Shown here piece by piece: positions 23,848 to 38,127 of a stretch of 64,000 nucleotides of DNA. How positions within the stretch are numbered: the first letter of the stretch is position 1; each line of letters starts with the position of its first letter. A program made the position numbers and the translations under genes. Origin of the DNA: Octopus sinensis (Eukaryota); the NCBI RefSeq assembly GCF_006345805.1, contig NC_043007.1, forward strand, positions 22,134,001-22,198,000, written 5' to 3'. A model generated the notes under the pieces. That model saw nothing but the letters and a program-made list of their open reading frames with translations. It was not told the DNA's origin and did no database searches.

Positions 23848-24398
23848 GTAATTATATTTTTATATTGTTTGACAGGATTACTGGGATGTTTTCGGTTTGA
23901 ACGGCAGTTTTTAACATAATTTCTAGGTAACTAAAAAAATTTTAAACTTCGTATACTGGTAGGATGTGTTTATAAAACATCTTTTTCTCTTGGCTTTATT
24001 GAGAAAATTCTATGGTTTGTAAGATATTTGTTGTTTTTTTTCTTTAATTTCTGCAATTTCAACCAATCACTGACGTCTATTAAGGTAAAAAAACATTCTG
24101 TGCCGTATGAATATGTCCCTCGTTTAAGAAACAGATTGTGAAGAAAAAAAGATACCCTCCCCCCACCCCTAACCATAACCCTAACCCTAAAACAGATTGA
24201 AATGCAATAGATCGATACTAGGGTCATAATTATGGGTGACAATTTCATATGACACCGCTAGAAAAAACTGCCGTTCAAACCGAAAATATCCGATTACTGT
24301 CATGTATTAACAATTTTTAATAAAATATTTAATACACCACATTATTTTAGAATTAAAGAAAAAATTCTGTTTCTGTTCATTCTTCTTTTTCTTGTTAG

Positions 24399-24453
24399 GG
24401 CCTTATTTTTGCAAAGAAGAAGCCGTGTTTTACTTGGAAATGAAGAACTGCAG
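24399..24453 (+). CDS. PPP2R3C: PPP2R3C exon 4
   Basis: ALFLQRRSRVLLGNEELQ, AG/GT boundaries. Confidence 0.9.
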
Positions 24454-25169
24454 GTAATATATCATTTAAAAATTATGGTTATCTTTTACATTTTCAAATG
24501 TATTTCTTGTTCTTTCCTGTCTTGCAAGTTAATTGGTAACTTCATTAGTGTCAGTGGCACAGAAAAAGCACCCAGTACACACTGTAAAATGGTTGGTTCT
24601 GGAAAAAGCATCCAGCTGTGGAAACTGAAGCACAATGCAACCCTGCAGTTTGCTAGATCCTGTCAAACCATCCGGCCCATGCCAGTATGGAAAATGAATG
24701 TCAATTGATAATGATGGTGATTCATCATCATCATCATCGTTTAACGTCAGTTTTCCACGCTAGCACGGGTTGGACGGTTCGACCGGGGTCTGGGAAGCCA
24801 GGGGCTGCACCAGGCTCCAGTCTGATCTGGCAGTGTTTCTACAGCTGGATGCCCTTCCTAATGCCAACCACTTCGCGAGTGTAGTGGGTGCTTTTTACAT
24901 GCCACCGGCACAGGTGCCAGGGGAGTCTGGCATCGGCCACGATCGGTTGGTGCCTTTAACGTGCTACCGGCACGGAAGCCAGTCAAGGCAGCGCTGGCAT
25001 CGGCCATGTTCGGATGGTGCTTTTCATGTGCCACCAGTATACAAATGTGTCTCTCTTCAGCTCTAATTCTCTATTCTTAACACTTAAGTTGGTTCAGACT
25101 GGGATGATTTTGTTCTGATCTGGTATCTATTTATCATTGGTTTGAAATATCACCTTGTACAATTTACAT

Positions 25170-25340
25170 CAAACGCTTGTGGTAAACATGCAGCAGTAAA
25201 TTAATTTGCTTCCATGATTTGCTTCTCTCGTACAGTACACTTGACCTAGCTGGGACTTTGCACCAACTGCAAATTTGGTCAGCAGCACTCAGTAAATTGT
25301 CCTGCAGGAACTTCCAGTTGTTCTCCAAGCTATATGTCCT
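25170..25340 (-). mobile_element. Degraded RTE-like ORF2 linker fragment
   Basis: NWKFLQDNLLSAADQICSWCKVPAR resembles the region after the endonuclease in RTE ORF2 (recognition from memory). Confidence 0.45.
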
Positions 25341-26838
25341 CCTCCTCCTTATCATCTACCTGTTTCTGTCTCTTTGTCACCCTCTAACCTTTCATCCTCT
25401 GACACGAGTCCCCTCCTCAAATGCCCTTGCCCCTCTCATAATTCCTTGTCTTGTCTTATGAGTTACTTGGTGACCCTACCAGTGCTAGTGCCATGTAAAA
25501 AGCATCCAGTCCAAACTGTAAAGTGGTAGACATTTGGAAGGTCATCCAGCTGTAAAAATCATACCAAAACTGACCTTGCCTGTGCTAGTGCCACATAAAA
25601 AACACCAAGTCCACTCTGCAGAGTGGTTGGTGTTAGGAAGGGCATCCAGTTGTGAAAAAACCCTGCCAAACAGAGTAACATAGGGTAGTTTTTCTACCTG
25701 GCCAGCTCCTGTGAACTGTTCTACCCACCGATGCATGTATTGAAGATGGACGTTAAACAATGTTGATGATGATGATTCCTATTTATATTTTCACATGCAT
25801 TAATAGTCTTATTTCTTTGTTGTCCACAAGGGGCTAGACATAGAGGGGACAAACAAGGACAGACAAATGGATTAAGTCGATTACATCAACCCCAGTGCGT
25901 AACTGGTACTTAATTTATCCACCCCGAATGGACGAAAGTCAAAGTCGACCTCGGCGGAATTTGAACTCAGAACGTAGCGGCAGGCGAAATGTCGCTAAGC
26001 ATTTTGCCCAGCGTGCTAACGTTTCTGTCAGCTCGTCGCCTTAATGCATTAATATTCTTTTAGCTATAAACACACATCATCGTTTAACATCTGCTTTCCA
26101 TACTGGCATGGGTTAGACGGTTTGATAGAAGCTGGCTAGACAGGAGCCTGCACCAGACTTTTGGTATGGTTTCTACAGCTGGATACCCTTCCTAACACCA
26201 ACTACCCAGCAGGATGGACACAAAATTTCACTAATTTGGATTTCTCCTTCAAATCTGTTTATACCTTTGAGGTATGAAAGCATAGAATACAGGACGGTGT
26301 AGTTGTGAATTTTGTCTGGCCTTCTACATGGGATGTAGCCAGCCCACTTATGCATACCTTCCCTTCTTGGGACACAAAACTCTACTTGTGAAGACCTGTT
26401 GAGGCAAGTGAGAATCGAAATCGATCAATGGAAATTGCAGCTGAGTTACCAGTGCCGGTGGTACGTAAGAGAACCATCCGAACGTGGCCGTTGCCAGCGC
26501 CGCCCCGACTGGCCTCATGCTGGTGGTACGTAAAAAGCACCATCCGTTCGTGGCCGTTGCCAGCCTCGCCTGGCACCTGTGCTGGTAGCATGTAAAAAGC
26601 ACCCACTACACTCATGGAGTGGTTGGCGTTAGGAAGGGTATCCAGCCGTAGAAACATTGCCAGATCAGACTGGGCCTGGTGCAGCCTTCTGGCTTCCCAG
26701 ACCCCAGTTGAACCGTCCAACCCATGCTAGCATGGAAAGCGGACGCTAAACGATGATGATGATGTAACTTTAAATAATTTATTTTTTTTAAAAATACACC
26801 GATAGCTTTTGTGTAAAACGGATTTCATCTCTTTGTAG

Positions 26839-26951
26839 CATTTATGGTTTCTACTTGACAAACATCACACTCCACCTCTTGTTGCTGACGAACAGATGAT
26901 AAATTATCATGACTTTCTTAAAGTGGCTGAACAAGCAGGGAGCAAGTGCAA
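26839..26951 (+). CDS. PPP2R3C: PPP2R3C exon 5
   Basis: HLWFLLDKHHTPPLVADEQMINYHDFLKVAEQAGSKC(K). Confidence 0.93.
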
Positions 26952-27201
26952 GTATGGTTACATGATTACTCTTTTTACTCTTTTACTCGTTTCAGTCATT
27001 TGACTGCGGCCATGCTGGAGCACCGCCTTTAGTCAAGCAAATCGACCCCTTGACTTATTCCTTGTAAGCCTAGTACTTATTCTATCGGTCTCTCTTATGC
27101 CGAACCGCTAAGTTACGGGGACGTAAACACACCAGCATCGGTTGTCAAGCGATGTTGGTGGAGACACACACATACTCACACACACACACATATATATATA
27201 T

Positions 27202-27282
<81 letters not shown>

Positions 27283-27905
27283 TATATATGACGGCCTTCT
27301 TTCAGTTTCTGTCTACCAAATCCGCAGTGGGATTGAACCCAGAACAATGTGGTTGGTAAACAAGCTACTTACCACAGCCACTCTTACGATTATCTATGTA
27401 TTTGTATTTGATTAATGTAATTGAGTTTTCATTAGTATATTTTAATATTTTTGATAAATTGTTGTCATGGTAGAGGTGTTGAACCTACATCCCCATCCTT
27501 TTTCTTTTTCCTTTGGAATCTTTTTGACAATGGAGATTCCATTTTTGACCCACCCATCAAAAAAAAACCCTTTAAAATAAAATTTTAGCCTCTACTGCTT
27601 TAGGGGTTTTTTTTCACTTGTTTGTCTTGCCCTGTGAAATAACTTGAAAAGTTGGGCCTCCAAGCAGGCCTTTCACAATACCCTTAAAACCAGAAATTTT
27701 CAGCACCTCCTTATATATATATATATATACACATGACATAAAATTTTTTTTCAACCTCTAAATACTGAACGCTATATATAAAGGATTTTATCCTTTATAT
27801 ACACTGTTCAGTATTTATGTGTTGCAAAAAAAAATTAATCTTTCTACTTGTTCTACAATACATTTCAATGCTTCAAAAACAAACTTATGTTTGTTTACAT
27901 ATGGC

Positions 27906-27948
<43 letters not shown>

Positions 27949-28022
27949 CACATAATCATCGTTATATTTTTTATCTTATATTTAATCTTTCTATAATATG
28001 TAATTTTCTAGATGGTGTAATT

Positions 28023-28436
28023 TAATATGAGGGAATATTATTCCAAACTTACAGGGAAAAATTCAATTTAGAAATACTAAATCAAATTTCACAAAATATA
28101 AAATATATATATAAATATTACGAAGATGTACTTGCATAGCCAGTGATTCGATCTGAGATTGTGTGCTGGAACGAAAACAATTGCAGCGTGGAAGGTGTTT
28201 GAAAGCCGTTCGATTCACTTCAACATTAAGCTGCAGCACGGATTTTTGTCAGTGAACAGGTCGCGGTCTTAAAGCGACGAAAATATCTTGACAAATTAAA
28301 CTTAAATGTTGAAGTGAATCGAACGGCTTTTGTGTGTTTCTTAAATGGCTTACAAACACCTTCCACACTGCAATTGTTTTCGTTCCAGCACACGATCTCA
28401 GATCAAATCACTTGCTATGCAAGTACATCTCCGTAA

Positions 28437-28486
<50 letters not shown>

Positions 28487-28559
28487 TTTGTGAAATTTGA
28501 TTTAGTAGTTCTAAATTGAATTTTTCCCTGTAAGTTTGGAATAATATTCCCTCATATTA
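28023..28559. mobile_element. Nested foldback: inner TA-flanked MITE (28118-28436) inside outer inverted repeats of about 80 bp
   Basis: Outer TAATATGAGGGAATATTATTCC.../...GGAATAATATTCCCTCATATTA. Inner TTACGAAGATGTACTTGCATAGC.../...GCTATGCAAGTACATCTCCGTAA. The inner family recurs at 60175-60510. Confidence 0.85.
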
Positions 28560-28733
28560 TTATTATTTTTTTATATATATATATATATATATGTATTAAA
28601 AATGCTTTTATACCTGATAATACATGGAAAATTGTACTTAGATAATCAGAAAATATTAAATTTTGACATGAAATAAACTTATTAGCTGTATTTTTTTGTA
28701 GTCTGAAGCAGTTTTTATTTTTATTTTATTCAG

Positions 28734-28902
28734 ATCTTTCTTTACTGCTACTATTTTTGGAAAATTATATCAGAATGAGAATTATGGAAGAATACCTATT
28801 ATGCAGTTTTTTAATTATGTGATGCGAAAAGTTTGGTTGCATCAAACAAGAATTGGATTATCTTTATATGATGTTACTGGGCTTGGTTATTTGAAAGAAA
28901 CG
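28734..28902 (+). CDS. PPP2R3C: PPP2R3C exon 6
   Basis: SFFTATIFGKL...MQFFNYVMRKVWLHQTRIGLSLYDVTGLGYLKET. Confidence 0.95.
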
Positions 28903-29912
28903 GTAAGCTTTTGTCTTTGGATTTGTATGATGCCAGAAAATGTGTATGTGATAATAATAATGGGAGAGAGAGAGCAAAATGGAATTGTATATGTTTAACA
29001 GAAGGCTATTTATGAGAATACCCTTTTCTCTTTTTACTCTTTTACTTGTTTCAGTCATTTGACTGTGGCCATGCTGGAGCACCGCCTTTAATTGAGCAAC
29101 TCAACCCCGGGACTTATTCTTTTGTAAGCCCAGTACTTATTCTATCGGTCTCTCTTTTGCCGAACCGCTAAGTAACGGGGACATAAACACACCAGCATCG
29201 GTTGTCAAGCGATGTTGGGGTGGACAAACACAGACACACAAACATACACACACACACACACACATACATATACTTACATATACATATATACGACAGGCTC
29301 CTTTCAGTTTCTGTCTACCAAATCCACTTGCAAGGCTTTGGACAGCCCAAGGCTATAGTAGAAGACACTTGCCCAAGGTGCCACGCAGTGGCACTGAACC
29401 CGGAACCATTTGGTTGGTAAACAAGCTACTTACCACACAGCCACTCCTGCGCCTATATATAATTAAGTTTGAAGGATTTGAAAGATGTTGCCATCATCGT
29501 CATCGTTTAACGTCCGTTTTCCATGCTAGTATGGGTTGGATGGTTCGACCGGGGGTCTGGGAAGCCAGAAGGCTGCACCAGGCCCAGTCTGATCTGGCAA
29601 TGTTTCTAAGGCTGGATGCCCTTCCTAACGCCAACCACTCCGTGAGTGTAATGGGTGCTTATTACGTGCCACCAGCCCAGATGCCAGTCGAAGCTGGCAT
29701 ACGGCCACGATCGGATGGTGTTTTTTATGTGCCACCAGCACGGAGGCCAGGCGAGGCTGGCAACGGCCACGATCGGATGGTGCTTTTTACTTGCTTTTTC
29801 TTTTCTCAATGTTTTGGATTAAGTGGCTTTCATCACTTTCCTCTATTTATAGAATAAGATTTCAAAGAAACCACAAAATTAACATTAATTTTGCATTTGT
29901 ATTTTTCTGCAG

Positions 29913-29957
29913 GATCTAGAGAATTACATTTTAGAACTTATCCCAACATTGCCACGA
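29913..29957 (+). CDS. PPP2R3C: PPP2R3C exon 7
   Basis: DLENYILELIPTLPR, CAG/GTAAGT boundaries. Confidence 0.93.
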
Positions 29958-31419
29958 GTAAGTTGACTCTTTAATATTTGGTGCATGTTTTTTTATTTAA
30001 AAGATTTACAGTTTTCTCTATCTTTAATACAATTTGAGAATTTATAAGATTCTGAAAAAAAATTGATCAATCACATTTTGAAATCTTAGCTAACAGGGTT
30101 TGAGACGTTTTGGCACAGCTGTTTTGGCATTGTTGATTTGACACTAACTTATTTGACACGAGACAATTTAATGTTTCTCTCATTCACTCCTTCCCTCCGT
30201 CTCTATCTCTTTCTATCTATTTGTACATATTTCTGCACATGTATGGCTTTTGCTTCTAGCATATAAAAGTACGGTTGCCAAAACTAGTTGAATGTCCGGT
30301 CTGCTGTGCCAATTCATCAATGTCCAAACAGCATCATCATCATATGTTTGTTTCCCATACTAGGAACAGTTTGACTGGAGAAGGCCAGCCGCGGAGCAGT
30401 CCAGGGTCCAATTGTCTCTTGTGGCATGGTTTCTACAGCTGGATGCCCTTCCTAACACCAACCACTTTACAGAGTGTACTGGGTGCTTTTTATGTGGCAC
30501 CATCGCCACCAAATCATTTTATTCCGTAACTAATAACTAGCTCTCACACCAGCAATCCTCCCACGACTAAGACGTTTATTCTTTTGAATATAAATTCACT
30601 ACTTTTCATTTTTGATTTGGCCTTAGGAAAGACATCAAAACTGACCAGCATTAAAATTTCGTATCATTTATTGTTGTTATTTTAACCAATTATTTGTGTT
30701 ATTTCATTCTAATGGACATGGAAGGATTATTTTATTTTGAAGAAAATTGTCATTTTACGAGTAAACAATTTCTTTCGGTGACAAAGAAAAGAAATTACAA
30801 AAACACCCCCTCCAAAAACAAAAAGGATTTAAAAAAAACCTTATCTTAAATATCTTTATTTCTTGAAGAATTCCCAGCTCCATACTTGGATAATTAAAGG
30901 AGGGTATAGGGTAAGTGGTTGATTCTGATGATCATCATCCCTTTCTCTATGAACAAACACCTTGTTTTCTTATCCTCCCCAAGAACTATTATTTCAGTCC
31001 TTTCTCCTGAAACTTTATAACAATTTCTCTCTCTTCCTCTGTGTGTATGTATTTGTGTGTTTATATACATATATATATAATATTTATTATAGTATTTATA
31101 TATATATATATATACATACATATATATATATATACATACATATATGTGTATATAATATTTATTATAATATTTATATATATACATATATGTGTGTGTAATA
31201 TTTATTATAGTATTTATATATAACTATGTATGTATGTATAAATATGTATGTAAAGCCCTTTTAAATACTTTTATACAAATTTTAAATTATTTCTAAAACG
31301 AATTTATCTTTGGAATGAAATTTCAATAAATATCACAATATTAATCTGTTCTTATAGGGTGGTGAGGTAGCAGAGTTGTTAGCAGTATTTTCTCTGTCTT
31401 TATGTTCTGAGTTCAAATT

Positions 31420-31862
31420 ACTACCACCACCATCATCATCATCGCCACCACCATCATCATTACTACCACCACCATCATCATCACTACCACCACCATCATC
31501 ATCACTACTACCACCATCATCATCACTACCACCACCATCATCATTACTACCACCACCATCATCATTACTACCACCACCATCATCATCACTACCACCACCA
31601 TCATCATCACTACCACCACCATCATCATCACTACCACCACCATCATCATCACTACCACCACCATCATCATTATCGCCACCACCATCATCATCACTACCAC
31701 CACCATCATCATCACTACCACCACCATCATCATCACTACCACCACCATCATCATCACTACCACCACCATCATCATCACTACCACCACCATCATCATTACT
31801 ACCAACACCACCATCATCATTACTACCACCACCATCATCATCATCGCCACCACCATCATCAT
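31420..31862. repeat. 21-nt minisatellite (ACTACCACCACCATCATCATC)n
   Basis: About 21 units read directly, in PPP2R3C intron 7. Confidence 0.95.
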
Positions 31863-31933
31863 CTAACCCATTCTGTCATGCTTGCATCCTGGATCAGACA
31901 GAATTTGTTGAGACAGATTGTGAATACCTTATA

Positions 31934-32159
31934 TTGGGTTGTCTGGAAAGTTCGTGCCAATTTATAGTAGCTGACCTTTCGACTTACCCCTCCCAGGCAC
32001 CTCAATTCTGGGAAGAGGGTATTTTCAAGTTAAAGGAAAGATGGAGATGCATTGTGCAACAAAATGGTTCATACTTGCTTGATTAAAAATGTAATGGCAA
32101 GTATTTATTGACCTTTTCCTTTCCTTTAATAATCGGCACAAACTTTCCGGACAATCCAA
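31934..32159 (+). mobile_element. 226-bp internally deleted mariner (same family as 11779)
   Basis: Both TIRs and TA TSDs are kept. Only the transposase C-terminal tail FWEEGIFKLKERW remains. Confidence 0.9.
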
Positions 32160-33670
32160 TATATAGGGGGAGAAAAAAAATGGAAGTATAATGAATTACT
32201 TCACATTTCTATATTTTGACCACAATTTTCTATCCTGTTTCTTCCTTAAACATTTCCATTTCAAATGCTATATACTACTGCAATGTTTATAGTTAACTGT
32301 CATTTCTGAATTTTGAAATATTAACTATGAACAAGTCTATTTCTCCTTCTTTTTAACTTCTATTTTTCAATTGTATTTTATTTCCTGGTACATTTTTTCC
32401 CAACATTCTATTCTTTAGCAATTGATTCTGTATTTGTAAAGTATTTTTTTCCATGAGACCTAGGAATCTTAACCCCTTTAGTCATGGATAAAAAAAATAA
32501 AACTAATTTTTAATTTTAATTTTTTATTTATACCAAAATACAGGTAAATAACACATATTGATTACATTTTAAAGCATTCAGTATTCAGTATGTTTAATTT
32601 GTTTGTCATGGATAAATAAAAAAAATTTAGTTAACACCAAGTGGTAAAAACCAGTTTACTTAACATCTCTGAGATTTACGAGAAGACACAACCATCCTCT
32701 ATGACTTGTGAGCAAACTCTGGATGAGAATCTTGTGATCTTGGTTATATATGCATTTTAGAGGTGTCCAACCTATTGGTCACTGTGACTTAGCTTAATTA
32801 TAATTTATATTTTTTTTGTAATGTATGCTGAAAATTTGTCCAAAGTGACTGAAGGGGTTAAAGCTGAGGCTTAATCCAGTTTCAATGGCATTTTAAGTGA
32901 CTCGAGTGAGATTACAGCACTACTCACTGAACAGGAGGCTTGTCCCTTGCAGTTTTAACTCCCCAGCTATTACTGGGGTTCGTTTATAGTAGAGTGGACA
33001 GGAGCAACATGAAATGATGCCTTTCACTCACGGGGCATGGCTGTGTGGTTAGGGAGCTTGCTTCCTAGTTACATGGTTTCGGGTTCAGTCCCACTGGGTG
33101 GCACTTTGGGTAGGTGTATTCCACTATAGCCCCGAGCTGACCGAAGCTTTGTGATTGAATTCGGTAGGCGGAAGTTCCTGCCGTGTGTGTATGTGTGCGT
33201 GTAGGTGCTTGTGCCTCACCGAAAGAGAGAGAGAGAGAGAGAGGGAACACAACACTGCCTGATCTGGAAAATGAAACTGTGATTTTACAATTGCCAGTTT
33301 GACACCTTAGCCACTAGGCCATGTGCCTCCACATTGTAAAACAAACAAATATCATCATCATCATTATGATTTAATGTCCATCTCCAATGCTGGTATTGGT
33401 CTGGATGGTTTGATAGGAGCTTGCACCAAGCTCCACTGTCTCTTTTGGCATGATTTTTACAGCTGGATGCCCACCCTGATGCAAACCACTTTACAGAGAG
33501 GACTATTATTTAAAATATCATTAATTATCTTACTTTGTTCAAGATAAATTTTTCCTTTGTGATTGGAATACAAACATCTGTGTTTCATAGTCATTCTATA
33601 AAGAGTCAGCTCTATATATCATCATCATCATCATCATTTAGCGTCCGTTTTCCATTATATAAACGGCATA

Positions 33671-34047
33671 TCTCTTTCCATATATATAAACGACAAAATG
33701 TCTGTTTGTGTGTGTGTGTGTCCTTTATACAAATCCACAATTTTTCAGTTAGAGGTCTCGCACTTTCTATGGTCATTCAAAACTGTCCAAGGGTGGTCGT
33801 GCACATCTTTACATTTCCCCAGTCACCCCGCAAAACCATTAAAAAATCAATAGAAGTGACTTTTTTTGTGAATTTTCTATTCAAAACCCAATCAAAATGC
33901 CCGAAATTTGATACGCCAATTGAATGCCAGCTAGCTGTATGTGATTGGTCGGAGATTTGGACAGTACTCGCATGTATGTGCGCACGCACACAGCTGTATA
34001 TGTATGTGCTAGCACTATGACCCGGCAACACCAGGTCATAGTGCTAG
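33671..34047 (+). mobile_element. Second Helitron-like non-autonomous family
   Basis: 5' TCTCT..TATATATAAA after an A. 3' end is a perfect 14-bp hairpin CTAGCACTATGACC/GGTCATAGTGCTAG ending in CTAG. Confidence 0.65.
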
Positions 34048-34061
34048 CATTACAATAATAA

Positions 34062-34895
34062 TCATCATCATTTAGCATCTTCTTTCCATGCTGGCATGGG
34101 TTACGCAGTTTGACTAGAACTAGTAACCTGGAGAGCTGCACCAGATTGCAGTCTGAATTTGGTTTGGTTTCCTTGCCCTTTCCTAACGTCAACCACTCCA
34201 TGAGTGTCATGGATGCCTTATATGTGTCACTGGCATGAGTGCTCCTACATGTTACCAGCATGATTGCTTTTATGTGTCACTGGCACTGGCCACAACTACA
34301 ATTTCACTTGGCTTGATGAGTCTTCTCCAGCACAGCAAATCACCAAAGGTCTTGATCACTTGTCAGTGCCTCGTGGAATCTCAAAATCTGATCATACTTC
34401 ACCACCTTGTCCCAAGTCTTCCTGGGTCTACCTCTTCCCCAGGTTCCCTACATGGTTGGCGATCAGCACTTCTTTATGCAACTGTCCTCGTACATATGCA
34501 TCACATGACCATACTAACGCAGTTGTCTCCCTTGCACATCACTTTCTGATGCCGCTTTGCCCAATTTTTCTCTCAAGGTGCTTCTACACTGTTGTACCTG
34601 GACACTGACATTGCACATCCAGTGAAACGTACTAGTTATATTTCTTTCAAGCCTTTGCATGTCCTCTGCAGTCACAGCCCTTCACTGCCATGTAACATGG
34701 TTGTTTGCAAACAGGCATCATACAATCTGCCTTTCACTCTGAGAGAGAGGCCCTTTGTTACCAACAAAGGTAGAAGCTCTCTCAAATTTGCCCAGCCTAT
34801 TCTTATTCTAGCAGCTATGCTCTCAGAGCATCCACCTCCACAGCTAGATAATGAAAGCTATCAACTACTTCTATGTATCCCCAATGGCATTTGAC
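34062..34895 (-). mobile_element. 5'-truncated RTE LINE (ORF2 end, 3'UTR and GAT tail)
   Basis: The reverse complement matches 58440-58960 and continues into the GAT-tailed repeat. Confidence 0.8.
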
Positions 34896-36642
34896 AGCGT
34901 CTATTTTCTCTGCATTTCTTGTGTTGTTATTAATAATGACGGATTCTCCCGTCAAAGACGATGTATGAGCGTTCGGCTTTTGCCGAATGACCTGCACAAA
35001 TGATTTGTTTATAGTGACCAAATGTTCATGCTGCACTCTCAATCAAATCATGCTGCACTCTCAATCAAATCAATGTTGTTTGAACAGGTGCACTGTGTAC
35101 CACACGTCAAGTGTCAAAATGATTGCAGAGCAATGTGAAGTGAAGTGTCTTGCTTAAGAACACAATGCACCACCTGGTCTAGGAATTGAAATTAGTTCAC
35201 ACTAAGCCATGTCATGTGCCCTTAATAATAATAATAATAAGTTGTAGAACTTTTAAAGTTTTCAACTGAGAAATAAAAAAAGAAATTATCCAATTAAAAC
35301 TCTTTGTCCTTTTAAAAAATGTTGGTAATACTATATACTTTATCATTGTTATTTTGGAAAGCATGTTTTAATTATTTCATTAAAAAAAATCTCGTTATAC
35401 TTGTCTTCCCTCTGTATCTCAGCTTCTATTCTTCAAAATTATTTAACAGTCTATAACAATACTTTAACAAATATTTCTTATGTTTATGTATGGCTTGTTT
35501 ATTAACAGCTATATTAAAAAATAACAACTCTTCTTCATTTAATTAACTTTTTAACCCTTTAGCACTGATTACTCTGATTACTCTGTCAAATGTAATGATT
35601 ATATAGTCATATTGTTTTGAATTTGTCCTGCATTAGTATCTTGTAGTTTTGAGGTTTTGATGATGTGATGGCAGTGTGGGGGTAGCTGTGAGTGGGAGGA
35701 TCTGGCTGGTTTGAAAGCAGGAGTGGCTGTGTGGTAAGTAGCTTGCTAACCAACCACATGGTTCCGGGTTCAGTCCCACTGCGTGGCATCTTGGGCAAGT
35801 GTCTTCTGCTATAGCCCCGGGCCGACCAATGTCTTGTGAGTGGATTTGGTAGACGGAAACTGAAAGAAGCCTGTCGTATATATGTATATATATGTATGTG
35901 TTTGTGTGTCTGTGTTTGTCCCCCTAGCATTGCTTGACAACCGATGCTGGTGTGTTTACATCCCCGTCACTTAGCAGTTCAGCAAAAGAGACTGATAGAA
36001 TAAGTACTGGGCTTACAAAGAATAAGTCCCGGGGTCGATTTGCTCGACTAAAGGCGGTGCTCCAGCATGGCCGCAATCAAATGCCTGAAACAAGTAAAAG
36101 AAAAAGGTGGAATATTTTGGCTGGATACGGCCAGTTTAGCCCTTTAGCATTTTATCTGAATCAGATATTCCATCTTTTATGTTCAAACTAACTGGATCTA
36201 GCTTCTCACACCTATCCTACAATCATCATCGTTTAACGTTCGTTTCCCATGCTGGCAAGGGTTTGACTGTGGTCTGGCAAGCCAGGAGGCCGCACCAGGC
36301 TCCAATCTGCTCTGGCAATGATTCTACAGCTGGATGCCCTTCCTAATGCCAACCACCCCAAGTGTGTAGCGGGTGCTTTTTGTGTGCCACCGGCACGGGA
36401 GCCAGTCAGACGGCACTGGCATCGGCCACGATCAGATGGCGCTTTTTACATGCTACTGGCACAGGAGCCAGTCCGGCGTTCTGGCAAATTCAAAACAATG
36501 TGAATGAATAAGCATTACATTTGATAGAGTAATCAGAATGCTCAAGCATTCATAACACTTCTATGCTTAATAATTTTCATGTTATCTAATATAACAGGAA
36601 TGCTATATTGATTGTACATGCTTTTATGATACATGTGTGTGC

Positions 36643-36675
<33 letters not shown>

Positions 36676-36948
36676 ATATATATATATGCCACAAGAGAGA
36701 CAGAGCAAGGCAGAAACAAGGAAAATGCCACTTATATTTGAACACTATACAAATATTCCTTTAAAAAAACATTTCTTTTAATTTTTCTAAATTTAATTAT
36801 TTAATCGTTACAGTTGAAAAGGTCTCAAAATGACTGAAACCCGTACTGAAGTGTTCTTTATAAAATTATTTTAGCATTTTCTATTTTGACTTATTTTTTC
36901 ATATATATATATTGGCTAAACTGGCAAAATGACCATTCCAAAATATAA

Positions 36949-36999
<51 letters not shown>

Positions 37000-38089
37000 C
37001 TTGAATGGGCTATGGTGCCCAAACAACTCGTATGAAACACCTTTAAATGTGTTTTCCAGGTGATGATATTTAGACATGACCTCAGCCAATACTGGCCGAA
37101 ACTTATCTAATTATAGTTTGAGGGTGTTACATAATCAGCAGTTAATAGCAGAGTATGTTTTTGATTCTGAGTTGAAATCCTTCTGGGATTGGCTTTGCTT
37201 TTCATTCCACATCATCATCATCATCATCTTTCCATGCTAGCATGGGTTGGACGGTTTAACTGGGGTCTGGGAAGCCAGAAGGCTGCACCAGGCCCAGTCT
37301 CACCTGGCAATGTTTCTACGGCCGGATGCCCTTCCTAACGCCAACCACTCTGTGAGTGTAGTGGGTGCTTTTTACGTGCCAGACGAGGCTGGCAAACAAA
37401 TTATCTATTAGTAAAATATTGTTTTTTTTTTTTTTTTTTTTTTTTTTTGCAGCTACTTTTACTCCCAAGTACTACAAAATTAATTTCTTGTTTAAAAGTG
37501 GGGTGCATTCTGAAAGTAGCAGATGATGACACTAATTCGTCAAAGTCTGAGTGACCGACATTGAAAAAGTCTTGAAATTTTCTTTTACAAGTGCAGACAT
37601 GGCTGTGTGGTTAAAAAAACTCACTTTGAAACCACATGATTTCAGGTTCAGTCCCACTGCACAGAACCTTGGGCTAGTGTTTACTGCTATAGCCTCAGGC
37701 TGACTAATTCTTTGTGATTGAACCTGGTAGATGGAAACAGTGTAGAAACCATATATATATATATATATATCACCATGATCACTGTGACCGACCAGGGTAT
37801 CAGATGTTGCTACATATTGCTGGTCACAATGCGCTTCACATTGTTTTAGCCTTCAAATGACGCCACCCCAATGGCTAAGTGAGCAGGCCAACAGAAGAAA
37901 GAGTGGGAGAAAGTTGTGGTGAAAGAGTACAGCAGGGATCACCACCACCCCCTGCTGGAGCCTCGTGGCGCTTTAGGTATTTTCGCTCAATAAACACTCA
38001 CAATGCCCGGTCCAGAAATTGAAACCGCGATCCTACGACCGCGAGTCTGCTGCCCTAAACACTGGCCAATTGCGTCCCCATATATATAT

Positions 38090-38127
<38 letters not shown>

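Noticed and set aside
24165-24192. Telomere-like CCCTAA repeats
   Set aside because: Only 2-3 units, and they are an internal part of a dispersed TIR element (also at 13521).
31376-32086. 236-aa Pro/Ser-rich ORF
   Set aside because: It is a minisatellite read-through fused to a mariner fragment, with a TTG start and no exon support.
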